Source: a virus (Duplodnaviria > Caudoviricetes). Taken from it: a DNA stretch of 64,000 nt. Within the stretch, counting starts at the first letter, position 1. Each line of letters starts with the position of its first letter. A model generated the notes under the pieces. The model was given only the letters and a program-made list of their open reading frames with translations. It had not been told where the DNA came from and did not search any database. The translations under genes and the position numbers were made by a program. Positions 19,993 through 29,469 of the stretch are shown here, piece after piece. The stretch is from the IMG/VR virus record IMGVR_UViG_3300037067_015585, positions 64,001-128,000 of that record, one strand, 5' to 3'.

Positions 19993-20592
19993 TTAGCTGA
20001 CCTCATCGGTATATTCCTCAATTGTCTGAACCATGTCTTGCGCTGGTCGAAGATTTATGTCACCGACTATCAATGTAGCTTGACATTTGAGATATAACCA
20101 AGTATACCTAAAGTTTCCTGTTTCTTGAGCATTATCGATCGCATAGTATTTTGGTTTTTGTTGTGATTGTGAACGATACGGTACCTCTACAAGATCACCA
20201 ACCCTAAATAATCTAATTGGAGAAACGTCAGATACTTGTTCTAATGCAAAAACGATCTCAACCTTATTAGCCGAATCTACACCCCATAATGTTAATTCGT
20301 ACTCCAATGGCTGTGGTACAAAGAACCCCTTAATACTGACTGGATTCCAATATGTGGGGTTCGGATCTTCATCAAACACTTTATCATGATCGGAATTATT
20401 GGTTCGCATGTGTATCAATGTGTCCGCACCATTGACTTGCACCATCTCTAGTGCTATCTTCTTCGCTAGTGTGATATCAGATGAATTTACATCGCTAGCA
20501 CGGAATAATGGATTGCTTTGTTCGACACCACTACGAAAATCTGGTTGCCCGGCACCGGGCTGTTCAGTCATCGAACTAAAGCTATATATCAT
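19993..20592 (-). CDS. Neck / head-closure protein (T4 gp14-like)
   Basis: DKVFDED, ELTLWGVD and FRVGDLVE beta-barrel pattern; position between the gp13-like and gp15-like genes. Confidence 0.65.
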   Translation of the reverse strand: MIYSFSSMTEQPGAGQPDFRSGVEQSNPLFRASDVNSSDITLAKKIALEMVQVNGADTLIHMRTNNSDHDKVFDEDPNPTYWNPVSIKGFFVPQPLEYELTLWGVDSANKVEIVFALEQVSDVSPIRLFRVGDLVEVPYRSQSQQKPKYYAIDNAQETGNFRYTWLYLKCQATLIVGDINLRPAQDMVQTIEEYTDEVS

Positions 20593-20601
20593 GTGTTTCT
20601 C

Positions 20602-21144
20602 TTACATCGACAAAGGAAAATCATCTGCTAGTCCAGGCTCTGATCGAATTTCTCTTGGATCGTTGCCATAATAATATGGCCCAAAGAGGAGTGATGGTGT
20701 AATACCAAAAATTTCACCTTCTGGAGTATATCGCTTGACTGGTGGTGGCAATTGCTCTTTGTAATTCTTAGCTGGACACCATCCCTGATCTAGCGTCTCG
20801 CAGTCTGGCCGTTGTTTATTGTGTATAGGTTCTTCATTTCCGCCAAGACTTCGAAGTATAGCATAATAATCTGGCATCGGAGTACATTCACACTCTGGAT
20901 AATATGGTGGTAACACAAACCACTTCTTACTTGATCCGTTTGATTGCCCGTTGTTAATCTGCCATTCGACTGTTGATCCAGGTATAGCAGCCAGCGCAAC
21001 ACGCAATTTCACATATGTGCTTTTACAATTACGCAGATAAGATAAGCTAGAAGTCGTAAATGATGCTTCTGGCTCGCAACCAGGTATGGCAACACTATCA
21101 GGTCCAACCACTTCGAGCTTATTAGCTATATAAATTTGTCGCAT
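20602..21144 (-). CDS. Hypothetical Pro/Cys-rich protein
   Basis: GAGG SD; late-type motif upstream. Confidence 0.7.
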   Translation of the reverse strand: MRQIYIANKLEVVGPDSVAIPGCEPEASFTTSSLSYLRNCKSTYVKLRVALAAIPGSTVEWQINNGQSNGSSKKWFVLPPYYPECECTPMPDYYAILRSLGGNEEPIHNKQRPDCETLDQGWCPAKNYKEQLPPPVKRYTPEGEIFGITPSLLFGPYYYGNDPREIRSEPGLADDFPLSM

Positions 21145-21172
21145 GATAGCCTCACTCCGGCTATCTTATATT

Positions 21173-22030
21173 TCAGCCAGAATGCATCTTGGCCTCAAGC
21201 CTATCTGCCATTTTATTAATCTTAGCAGTCCACAAGGGCCGACCATAAACTGAATCATATATCCCTAAAAATTCCTCGACTGTAGATGCCATACCAAGCA
21301 ATTTATATTTCGTAGCAGCAAAATCAAACACATCTTCTGGCCCAAATAGTGTAATGAGATGTTGCTTTAATTGCTTCGGACTCATCGTATCACGATGTGC
21401 CCATGTCACTGTAGCATCTGATAGCCATCCTGTTCTCGTCCATGGGTTATCACATGTTGATATCTCTAGAATAATCAAATCGGGGACCTTATCATTAAGA
21501 AAACGTTCTAAATTAGAATCTAGCCAACTCTCTGGCTTTATCGAATTAATTTTGAATGTACCAATCATATAGTCAACAACTGGCTCTTCACTCTCACCTA
21601 TGTGCCCGGCAGATACCGATCCACGCAATCCCTTGTTTGAAATCAGCTGATCTGCTTTCTCTTTTATATTTCTCAATCTAGCAATAGCTTCACCAACCGA
21701 AGCAGTAATAAAGAAATCATCTATACCGAGTATGCCAGCTAAATTCTTTTTACCAGATCCACTAATATCGCTTGGAATCTGTATTCTTACACGATCATCA
21801 TCCTCTATTGTGATCATTATAGTCTGAGAGTCTCTAGTAAGTGCGTTCTGGCCAGCTTCTATGTAAACTATAGCATCATCGGCTGGATCTTCAGCTGGTT
21901 TCATGTTTGGTTTACGAAAGCCTATATGTTTTAAAGCTATTACCAATTGGCTAGCTAAAGAATTCTTTAGCTTAGTTATATCGCCCATCTCAGACGCTGC
22001 AGTTCCTTCTGATAGCAACAATAATTTCAT
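21173..22030 (-). CDS. Hypothetical protein, possible internal head protein
   Basis: GAGGA SD; N-terminal MKLLLLSEG shared with 44234..44482. Confidence 0.7.
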   Translation of the reverse strand: MKLLLLSEGTAASEMGDITKLKNSLASQLVIALKHIGFRKPNMKPAEDPADDAIVYIEAGQNALTRDSQTIMITIEDDDRVRIQIPSDISGSGKKNLAGILGIDDFFITASVGEAIARLRNIKEKADQLISNKGLRGSVSAGHIGESEEPVVDYMIGTFKINSIKPESWLDSNLERFLNDKVPDLIILEISTCDNPWTRTGWLSDATVTWAHRDTMSPKQLKQHLITLFGPEDVFDFAATKYKLLGMASTVEEFLGIYDSVYGRPLWTAKINKMADRLEAKMHSG

Positions 22031-22054
22031 ACTAATAATCCTCTAAATGAATGA

Positions 22055-22447
22055 CTAATTAACTTTGATAGTCAAAGGAACAATAAATAAAACATGTGTT
22101 GGCTCACCAGACAAAAATGTATTATCAGGATGAGGGTCAAACACGTATTCAAAACCATTATACACAGTTTTAGCTATAACACTGTGAATTCGCCCTTCCT
22201 TTCTAGGACTAACTCCGCTTAATATACATATACACCCATCAGACCACAATAAACATTTGGCATCTAATCGAATTTCTATAGCGCAAAATCCTCTCTTTCT
22301 CAGCCAATCTTGAAAACCTCCCCACCAGTCTGATGGTAAACGGCAGAAGTCAGGAATATCATTTAATGATAATTCAAAAAGAGATGCTATGCAAGCAGAA
22401 AAGCAATTGCCGTAATCACCAAATGCAGTTTGTTTAACTTCAATCAT
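22055..22447 (-). CDS. Putative papain-like (C39-like) cysteine peptidase-fold protein
   Basis: Q...GNCFSACIAS (Cys), HSVI (His) and FDPHP (Asp) in catalytic-triad order. Confidence 0.55.
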   Translation of the reverse strand: MIEVKQTAFGDYGNCFSACIASLFELSLNDIPDFCRLPSDWWGGFQDWLRKRGFCAIEIRLDAKCLLWSDGCICILSGVSPRKEGRIHSVIAKTVYNGFEYVFDPHPDNTFLSGEPTHVLFIVPLTIKVN

Positions 22448-22761
22448 TTTTCAAAGTATTCGTCTATCGAAGACAAATCAACGCCTTTATGTCCTCCACC
22501 GACTAAAAAGCAATCCCAGCCAAGTTTATCACAAAGTACCTTCAATGCATCAATCTTAGCAATATTCTGCGGGTGTTGTTGCAATTTTGTCATTCCAGTT
22601 GGGAACAAGTAGTAGCGTTAAAATTGGATTCGTTAAATGCTGTGATTTCATTTGACAAAGAAGGTATTAAAGTCTATCTAGGGAAATGTCATATGTATTT
22701 CCCAGATTTTGTAATCAGAACTCAATCTAAAACTGTGGTTATAAAGGTAAAATCATCGAAA
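22444..22761. pseudogene. TnsA-N / T4 gp4-like PD-(D/E)xK endonuclease remnant broken by an internal inversion
   Basis: The N-half (CHSSWE...YFPDF...IKVKS) reads on + at 22588-22761. The C-half (KLQQHPQNIAKIDALKVLCDKLGW...) reads on - at 22587-22444 and ends in an ATGA overlap with the next gene. Confidence 0.7.
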
Positions 22762-22783
22762 AAGCAATTCAAATAGGTTGTTA

Positions 22784-23548
22784 TTAGCCTGCTTTCACGA
22801 TCGGCATTGGTTCTCCCAAATGAACGGCTTTTTCTATTATTGCCGCTTTCTCTTCTTTACCCTCCGCCGCTAACGCCTCTCCATCAAGTGCAAGGCTGCC
22901 ACCATCGGGCATAGGTATACCAGCGATTTTCCTACGTGCAGCACCAACCATTATTTTGGTTTCAGCAAGCAACATCTCAGAAGCCAACAATCTTGCCTGC
23001 GGACTCCTAAAATGCGTAACAGTTGGATAATATAATACAGTTACCGGGAATGCACCTTTGGGCGTCGGATAAAGTCTGATTAATTGATTGCCTGGTCCAT
23101 CGCCGCCTTCATTAATCACTTCCCAATGCCCGACAGTTCCAAGTATTTGTTGTGATGACCGTCTATATGCTTGAAGAAGATAATAGTCAGTAAGAATGTT
23201 CTGAACACCAGAAATATTGCCAATGTTGAAGAGGAAACTTTCTGCACCAAACACATCATCTATACGTGTCGTCACTGGATCCCATTGAACTTCCTGAATC
23301 CAATAGGCATCATCTGGCATTGCATAAGTTGGAACTAACGGTTCTGTATAAAAAACCGCCAGTTTCTGTTCTCTAGGAAAATAACCAGCTATGAAATCGC
23401 AAGTAACACGCAATGCTACTTCGAATTGTTGCTCTGTTATTTCGACATTAACCGCTGGAGAACCAAGTTGAGCCAAACAATATGCCTTCATAGGGTCGGC
23501 ATTTAGCTTCAACACAACAGGAAGATCGTTTGGTCCAATTATAGCCAT
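22784..23548 (-). CDS. Neck / head-tail adaptor protein (T4 gp13-like)
   Basis: YCLAQLGSPAVNVEITEQQFE and GIPMPDGGSLALDGEALAAEGKEE match gp13 N- and C-terminal motifs. Confidence 0.85.
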   Translation of the reverse strand: MAIIGPNDLPVVLKLNADPMKAYCLAQLGSPAVNVEITEQQFEVALRVTCDFIAGYFPREQKLAVFYTEPLVPTYAMPDDAYWIQEVQWDPVTTRIDDVFGAESFLFNIGNISGVQNILTDYYLLQAYRRSSQQILGTVGHWEVINEGGDGPGNQLIRLYPTPKGAFPVTVLYYPTVTHFRSPQARLLASEMLLAETKIMVGAARRKIAGIPMPDGGSLALDGEALAAEGKEEKAAIIEKAVHLGEPMPIVKAG

Positions 23549-23569
23549 ATTAGTGCTCCGATTCTGTAA

Positions 23570-23577
23570 TATGTTTG
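23570..23577 (-). promoter_or_regulatory. Putative late promoter motif CAAACATA (representative copy)
   Basis: CAAANATA recurs 16-34 nt upstream of several structural genes (see findings). Confidence 0.6.
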
Positions 23578-23602
23578 AGCACTAATATGTAATATCTTCA
23601 TC

Positions 23603-24136
23603 TTATGCTGGGAATGTCAAACCAGCGTCACCCCAATTAACATTCTTATAATTGAGTCTGAACAATTCAGGATGCTCACCAGAATCATCAGTAATAGCTG
23701 AAGCTGCAGTGTTCAATAAACCACGAAGGGTTGATACTTCAGAAGTCACAGCAGCAGTTGGGTATCCAGTAGCCCCATCCCACAAACGCGCACCCCTCGG
23801 ACCAGTAAGAACCTCATTTGAATGTATGAGTGTTATCGGTGCAACTGGTTGATCACTAGGATTACTAGTGGCAGTATAGAATCCCTCAATCATGAGCAGT
23901 GATGGATTATTACCAATTTGCGGACGCACACCAGCACCATTAGCAATACTACCAAATTGGTCATTTAACTGATTTTGACCACCACCGGGAACTGGTACTG
24001 TAATTTGTGATACTAATTGTAGCTCATCATATAATTGAGTGCTTAATCGTTGTAGATCCCTGATATAGGTCCACTTACTCTTGCTACGTGCAGGAATAGT
24101 TCGAAAGTAAGCCGTAAATGGTACTAATGATGACAT
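23603..24136 (-). CDS. Hypothetical structural protein
   Basis: Start MSSLVPF at 24136 with GGAG SD; CAAAGATA motif upstream. Confidence 0.7.
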   Translation of the reverse strand: MSSLVPFTAYFRTIPARSKSKWTYIRDLQRLSTQLYDELQLVSQITVPVPGGGQNQLNDQFGSIANGAGVRPQIGNNPSLLMIEGFYTATSNPSDQPVAPITLIHSNEVLTGPRGARLWDGATGYPTAAVTSEVSTLRGLLNTAASAITDDSGEHPELFRLNYKNVNWGDAGLTFPA

Positions 24137-24238
24137 AATCGTCTCCAATCTGTTTGCAATAAATTATCTTTGGTGGGCAAATATTTTTTATGTATTTGAA
24201 ATGAAAACCAGGTGTTATTCTAAAGGCGATTACAATAA

Positions 24239-24526
24239 ATGACCCACGGCGAAATCAGAGCAGAATCATTCAATAAATTTTCTGCCGCTCTGAACGAAGT
24301 CTTCCCCGGTATCAAATGTGAAATTGATGGGGACATAATAACTTTTGACGATAATGCTATCAAAGTAGAAATGTCCAGTAGCGACATCAATGATGGGTAT
24401 TTCGAAATCTCGAACTATGATAGCTCTAACTTTGGGTCACTGTGGGGAATAAAACCGGTAGTGTCTGTACTGATTACAGAAATATGTAAGGTTAGAAAAC
24501 AAAAACTTCTCAGTAAGTTAAGATGA
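24239..24526 (+). CDS. Hypothetical protein
   Basis: ORF preceded by a GTATTTGA motif. Confidence 0.65.
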   Translation: MTHGEIRAESFNKFSAALNEVFPGIKCEIDGDIITFDDNAIKVEMSSSDINDGYFEISNYDSSNFGSLWGIKPVVSVLITEICKVRKQKLLSKLR

Positions 24527-24838
24527 TTGTTGCGCCTTGCTTACAAGATGCCGCAACATCCACATTGCCAGATTATCGCCATGGTTAATCTTCCTTTTCA
24601 TTGCCTTGATAAATCCCTTATTATTACCATTTTCGTCCGCTATATCACCTAGGTATTTTTCAAATTCATCTGCGTTATCATCTGTTTTGAGAGCTTGTAT
24701 TTTCTCTCTAGTTGCTTCTTTTTCCTCGTCTGTACCTTTACCCCATTTTCTCATTAGGCTTTTCATTGCGACATATAGCCTATCACCAGTCAGTCCTTTG
24801 TTGAGCGCTTCAGTGAGCATTCTGTCGAAATGTCGCAT
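24518..24838 (-). CDS. Hypothetical charged protein, possible internal head protein
   Basis: AAGGA SD; CAAACATA motif; N-terminal ...MLTE. Confidence 0.7.
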   Translation of the reverse strand: MRHFDRMLTEALNKGLTGDRLYVAMKSLMRKWGKGTDEEKEATREKIQALKTDDNADEFEKYLGDIADENGNNKGFIKAMKRKINHGDNLAMWMLRHLVSKAQQSS

Positions 24839-24867
24839 TATTAATCCTTTAAACTATGTTTGGATAC

Positions 24868-24896
24868 AGAAACAGCGGCTTTTTAGGGCCGCTGTT
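24868..24896 (-). terminator. Probable intrinsic terminator downstream of 24924..25328
   Basis: Stem aacagcggc (24871-24879) / gccgctgtt (24888-24896); short T-rich tail on the minus strand. Confidence 0.6.
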
Positions 24897-24923
24897 CTGT
24901 TGTTCACAATGCCATTAAGGGCA

Positions 24924-25328
24924 TTATACTGGCGGAACGAGTGTGTCGCTCCGCAAATCGCCTTGGAGATCGCGCCCAAGAGCGGATTGGACTTCGGTCA
25001 AGAACTTGTCGCTTCCAATCTGGAAAGCGAAATCGATACCAGGAATATTCTCCTGGGCCGACGCAAACGTCTTGACCTTGTAAAGACCGACCACAATTGG
25101 GAAACCACGATTTGCACCGAAACGTGCCTCGCCCATGTACGGACTAAAATCTTGAAGTGCAGTGTCTCTCGACAGAACACCAACAAGAACTTCTTCACCA
25201 GGGACACTCATGATGAGTGGCCGAAGTCGCTTTGTCAAAGCCGCCACGGATTCGTGACGCAAAGCCTGACGATAGCTTCGTACATTACGAAAGACCGAAA
25301 TAGCTGTATTAGCTGGTTGAGCGCTCAT
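24924..25328 (-). CDS. Hypothetical, probably abundant virion protein
   Basis: AGGAG SD; codon usage more GC-rich than its neighbours, like the sheath and SSB genes; own promoter-like motif and terminator. Confidence 0.75.
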   Translation of the reverse strand: MSAQPANTAISVFRNVRSYRQALRHESVAALTKRLRPLIMSVPGEEVLVGVLSRDTALQDFSPYMGEARFGANRGFPIVVGLYKVKTFASAQENIPGIDFAFQIGSDKFLTEVQSALGRDLQGDLRSDTLVPPV

Positions 25329-25473
25329 GTTTGAAAACTCCTAGAATTTGGTTTTGTATTTTATTTTTGTTCTCTGCCCACATATTAGTTTTGCGTGAAA
25401 TAGATAAATTCTAATTCGTCCATATTAATCAAGGTTGTATATGTCATATTGTCTATTTTGTGTGCAAAATCAC

Positions 25474-25794
25474 ATGACAGCAAAAGAGATAAAAGAGGAA
25501 TGTATATCTGGAAAATGGCTACCAATACTAGTTATGAGAACTAATTCGGAAGACAATCCTATCGTCCCAATGTTCGATTCTGTAAGCGTTGTTTCGAAGT
25601 TCATAAAAAGAAATCTACCCCCGAATTGGTTATGTGGTATTGTAGATTTATGCCCACAAGACGCTCAATGGATGGATAGCAAGGGATGGAAGGCTATAAA
25701 ATTCGATTACCCAAGAAAGATGAAAGATATAGTCGATTTCGATGTTGAAATAATTGAATTCGAGCCAGAGCATAATCTGGTGGTGAATATCTAA
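25474..25794 (+). CDS. Hypothetical protein
   Basis: ORF, likely start MTAKEIKEE. Confidence 0.65.
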   Translation: MTAKEIKEECISGKWLPILVMRTNSEDNPIVPMFDSVSVVSKFIKRNLPPNWLCGIVDLCPQDAQWMDSKGWKAIKFDYPRKMKDIVDFDVEIIEFEPEHNLVVNI

Positions 25795-26105
25795 TCTACG
25801 TCTATTGCTAAGGTATCAGCAAACTGTTGCTTAAATTTATCTAACATCGTATCTAATTCTTCACGACTATTAAAGCAATACGGTATACAAATCACGAAAA
25901 TTGGTTGTTGATGCCCAACTAAATATACTTTTCTAGAAACGTTGACATAGAAAAACTCTTTGGATTCTATTAAATCAAATCCAATCTCATCGCCATGTGC
26001 TAATCCGAGGACATGCTCGTCCGGAATATCTCGTATCGTAAATCTACAAGCTTTAAGGTCACGATCGTTCTGTTTAACATCAAATTCAATAACTACATTA
26101 GCCAT
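25791..26105 (-). CDS. Hypothetical protein
   Basis: Overlaps the end of the upstream GT-like gene. Confidence 0.65.
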   Translation of the reverse strand: MANVVIEFDVKQNDRDLKACRFTIRDIPDEHVLGLAHGDEIGFDLIESKEFFYVNVSRKVYLVGHQQPIFVICIPYCFNSREELDTMLDKFKQQFADTLAIDVD

Positions 26106-26775
26106 GATTTTCTCTTCTTAGAATTAATTTATTCCAAAGTTCACGTGTCTGACGCGTACATTTACCATGAAATCCAAACGTATCGCGTTCAGTCAATTTT
26201 AATCCTGGTACTGGCATTGAGAAAGAAAAGCGGCTAGCTACTTCAACCGGTGCAAAACGCATACCAGCTTCTACCAATTCATGATAATGTAATGCGCAAG
26301 CAAACAGATCGTCTTTGCGTCTGACTGGCATACCGGCTCGCGAAGCTATACGACTCGTTTCTTCTAATAACCGTTTACTACGCATACAAAAACCACTATT
26401 GCCAACTGGCTGCCCAGGTAATATGCCACGAATATCTGGAGACCACACCGCACCTATATAATCATAATTGCGAAAAGAGTCATCCCAGAATTCAGGGTGT
26501 ATAATGAACCCATCAGTCTGCACTGAAAGTGATAATGGCGTCTGCACATGCTTATGCAACTCAGCTATACAAAATTCATTATAGCCATTTACTGACGATA
26601 TGTGCGGTATCTCTTCGAATTCTATCCAATTAGGAAACGGCTCTGGTTTTATATGACTAATAAGTTTAACCGATTTGAATTGTATACCACGACAACACAA
26701 CTCAAGGATATATATCCCCAAATCTGGATTTTTACCATTAACAGTTAATAATGTAATATCGTTCAATTCTAGCAT
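26098..26775 (-). CDS. DUF5672-family GT-A-like glycosyltransferase
   Basis: QTDGFI, YDYIGAVW, VGNSGFCMRSKRLL, RFAP...RFS and TFGFHG. Confidence 0.8.
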   Translation of the reverse strand: MLELNDITLLTVNGKNPDLGIYILELCCRGIQFKSVKLISHIKPEPFPNWIEFEEIPHISSVNGYNEFCIAELHKHVQTPLSLSVQTDGFIIHPEFWDDSFRNYDYIGAVWSPDIRGILPGQPVGNSGFCMRSKRLLEETSRIASRAGMPVRRKDDLFACALHYHELVEAGMRFAPVEVASRFSFSMPVPGLKLTERDTFGFHGKCTRQTRELWNKLILRRENHG

Positions 26776-27773
26776 GATTTCGCTCTTTCTAAGATCATTT
26801 TAAGCTGTGCTAATTGCGACCAATGATGCAAGTAATCGTTAGTTGCACGATCAGCTATCAACCGCCACGATTCTCGCTTCGACGGTTGATTTAGATCATT
26901 CCAATTCTCAACAATAACAGCATTGTTACCATCAGTTAGTGGCGGACAGTACGGAGTTTTCTGCGGTTTGGTAATAATAGTACGATTAAATAATACCGCT
27001 TCGATGAAACGATGACTTTTGTCTCCGCCGCCACGTAGATCAACACATGCCCTGTAAGATAATAAATACTTTACATATTCTTCTGCTGATGCGTCTCCTC
27101 TAAAAGTCAAATTAACCCAATCGGGCATGCCAGATGTCTTGTCTCGCTCACCATAACCATTTGGAGAACATCGAGCTGATTTGCGACCCATAAACCCAGC
27201 CAAACCGATTTCATCGTGCTTAAACGCATCTCTTATTGTTTTAACGTCGTCGTCTAAAAAAGCATGATCTAAATGCATTTTAGTAAACAAGTCAAACATT
27301 TTAGGATGAGGGCGATGTGCGACTAATATTGTTTTATGATCGCATTTAAATAATTCAGGCATACAATTAACAGACATACACAGATCGCACCGTGTACTGA
27401 TGTCTCCACCACGACCCGTAGACATCAACATAGACTTTTCTCTGACCCTGTAAATAGAATTGTCCGATACGCTCAAACAGACTTTAAATGCGTTTAAATT
27501 CTCCACTCTTTCCCAACTATCATTGTAAAAGAATGTATTAAGCTTGGCGATATATATCTTGGCACCATCATAGTTATCTGATAGCAAGTGTTTTATTCGA
27601 TGTAATATTGGCAGCTTTTTTGGCCAATCTTTAGGAGCGATAACTTTTACAGGCAAATGCATTCTATCAGCAATTTCAGCTAAATTAGCGAGTTGATATG
27701 CACATACTGATAAGTCTACTCCATTTTCAAATCTAGATATGCCGTTCGGCATCGTGCAATCGACAACTATCAT
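26769..27773 (-). CDS. Putative GT-B-fold glycosyltransferase, paralogue A
   Basis: C-terminal EYVKYLLSYRACVDLRGGGDKSHRFIEAV nucleotide-sugar-binding-type motif. Confidence 0.6.
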   Translation of the reverse strand: MIVVDCTMPNGISRFENGVDLSVCAYQLANLAEIADRMHLPVKVIAPKDWPKKLPILHRIKHLLSDNYDGAKIYIAKLNTFFYNDSWERVENLNAFKVCLSVSDNSIYRVREKSMLMSTGRGGDISTRCDLCMSVNCMPELFKCDHKTILVAHRPHPKMFDLFTKMHLDHAFLDDDVKTIRDAFKHDEIGLAGFMGRKSARCSPNGYGERDKTSGMPDWVNLTFRGDASAEEYVKYLLSYRACVDLRGGGDKSHRFIEAVLFNRTIITKPQKTPYCPPLTDGNNAVIVENWNDLNQPSKRESWRLIADRATNDYLHHWSQLAQLKMILERAKSC

Positions 27774-28729
27774 TTTATGTATTTGGACCTCTGCAAAATC
27801 ATCTTAAATTGTGCAAGCTGCGACCAATAATTCAAATAATCCTTGGTTGCTTGTTCAGCAACTGATTGCCATAATTCCAAATCAACTCTTGTATCGATGT
27901 CGCTCCAATTTTCGACAATAATAGCATTATGCTTATCGACTAATGGCGGATAATATGGTGATCTCTGCCGTTTCCCTATCACAGTACGACCAAATAATAC
28001 TGCTTCAACAAAACGAAGGCTTTTATCACCGTTCCCACACAAATCAACACATGCCCTATAAGAAAGAAGATGTTCTAAATATTTCGATGCAGGTGCATTC
28101 CATCTAAATGTTAAATTCACCCAGTTCGGCATTCCTTCGGTATGTCTGCGTTCTCCATATTTTCCATTACCCATAAAACCAGCTAATCCAATAACATCAT
28201 GCTTAAATGCATTTCTGATCGCCTCTATATCGTCATTAAGATATGCTTCGCTTAATCCCATCCTATCAAATAGATCAAAAACTTGCGTAGATGTTCGATG
28301 TGCGACAGGTATAGTTTTATAACCGTAATCTCTAAGTAATTCTGGCGTACAATTGACTGGCATATATAGATCGCATCGTGTCTGTACAGCTCCACCTTGA
28401 CGACCTTGCCATTTCGTATTCTTTTCTCTAAATAGTCTATCAGATGAGCTTAAACACACCTTATATGCGGGCAGCTTTTCTATATTCTTCCAATTATCAT
28501 CAAAAAAGAATGTATCTGATTTTGCGATATATAAGTCTACATCATCGTAATTATCTGATAATAAATGCTTGACACGCTGCAATATGTGATGTTTCTCAAG
28601 TTGCCCGTTAGCAATAACGACTTTTACAGGCAAATGCATTCGGTCAGCAATTTCAGCTAAATTAGCGAGTTGATATGCACAACGCTCAAGCCTACAATGG
28701 CTCAACATCGAAAAATCGATCGCAATCAT
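27770..28729 (-). CDS. Putative GT-B-fold glycosyltransferase, paralogue B
   Basis: YLEHLLSYRACVDLCGNGDKSLRFVEAV; collinear with paralogue A. Confidence 0.6.
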   Translation of the reverse strand: MIAIDFSMLSHCRLERCAYQLANLAEIADRMHLPVKVVIANGQLEKHHILQRVKHLLSDNYDDVDLYIAKSDTFFFDDNWKNIEKLPAYKVCLSSSDRLFREKNTKWQGRQGGAVQTRCDLYMPVNCTPELLRDYGYKTIPVAHRTSTQVFDLFDRMGLSEAYLNDDIEAIRNAFKHDVIGLAGFMGNGKYGERRHTEGMPNWVNLTFRWNAPASKYLEHLLSYRACVDLCGNGDKSLRFVEAVLFGRTVIGKRQRSPYYPPLVDKHNAIIVENWSDIDTRVDLELWQSVAEQATKDYLNYWSQLAQFKMILQRSKYIK

Positions 28730-29469
28730 GTTGTTTCTATATATTTTGTTATGTAGTTATTCATTCGCATCAATTTTCCTGGCGTTCTACCAATATCACC
28801 AGCAAAATGCAATAGAACGCCATCAAACGATCTTCCAATCTTCGAAAGAAACCATCCATTATGCGCGACCATTTTGGTTAATGACGTATTGCAAAGATGT
28901 TGATTTTTCCAAAGATACACATTTACATATGGCTGCTCAAGACATCTACCACCTTTACCTGGGTTCTCAAGAAAATAGGTGTAAATCTCTTTTAACACTG
29001 GTAGCATAGAAGATTTAAAAGCAAAGAAACCTGCACTCAGACCTCTATTTCTACCTTTTTCCATTAACGATCTTTCTTCATCACTTAGTAGTCTGCATGA
29101 ATGGCTTGGACCAGACATATAGCCACGTTCTTCGGTTATATAGATTTTGTCATCTACGAGCTTTTCAAATATGATGTCTGGTGATTTCAGCCAAAGAATA
29201 TCCAAATCACAATATATGATTTTATCATATTTTGATATATCAGCATATTCAAAAATTCTCAATTTCGAAGCAGATGAGTGTAGTAAATCAGATTTAGCTG
29301 TGTCTAAGAAGTGAACATTTTTAAGCCCCATGGCCGTTATTTCTTTCCGCATATTGGTGATAAATAATAAATCACCATCATATCCAACTCTAGTTAAGCT
29401 ATCTGTACATAGCTTAACTAATCCCATATAAGCAGGATTGTTACTCAAAGTGAAATAAATCAAATTCAT
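28726..29469 (-). CDS. GT8-like glycosyltransferase
   Basis: YDKIIYCDLDILW (DxD), SAGFF, EQPYVN and LLHFAG. Confidence 0.8.
   Translation of the reverse strand: MNLIYFTLSNNPAYMGLVKLCTDSLTRVGYDGDLLFITNMRKEITAMGLKNVHFLDTAKSDLLHSSASKLRIFEYADISKYDKIIYCDLDILWLKSPDIIFEKLVDDKIYITEERGYMSGPSHSCRLLSDEERSLMEKGRNRGLSAGFFAFKSSMLPVLKEIYTYFLENPGKGGRCLEQPYVNVYLWKNQHLCNTSLTKMVAHNGWFLSKIGRSFDGVLLHFAGDIGRTPGKLMRMNNYITKYIETT

Noticed and set aside
2739-23548. Bacterial contractile injection system (eCIS/tailocin) instead of a phage
   Set aside because: Head-joining neck genes (gp13/gp14-like) and a full replication set are interleaved, and no host housekeeping context is present
24537-25334. 265-aa plus-strand ORF
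   Set aside because: Antisense to two minus-strand genes that have SD sites, and it spans their terminator
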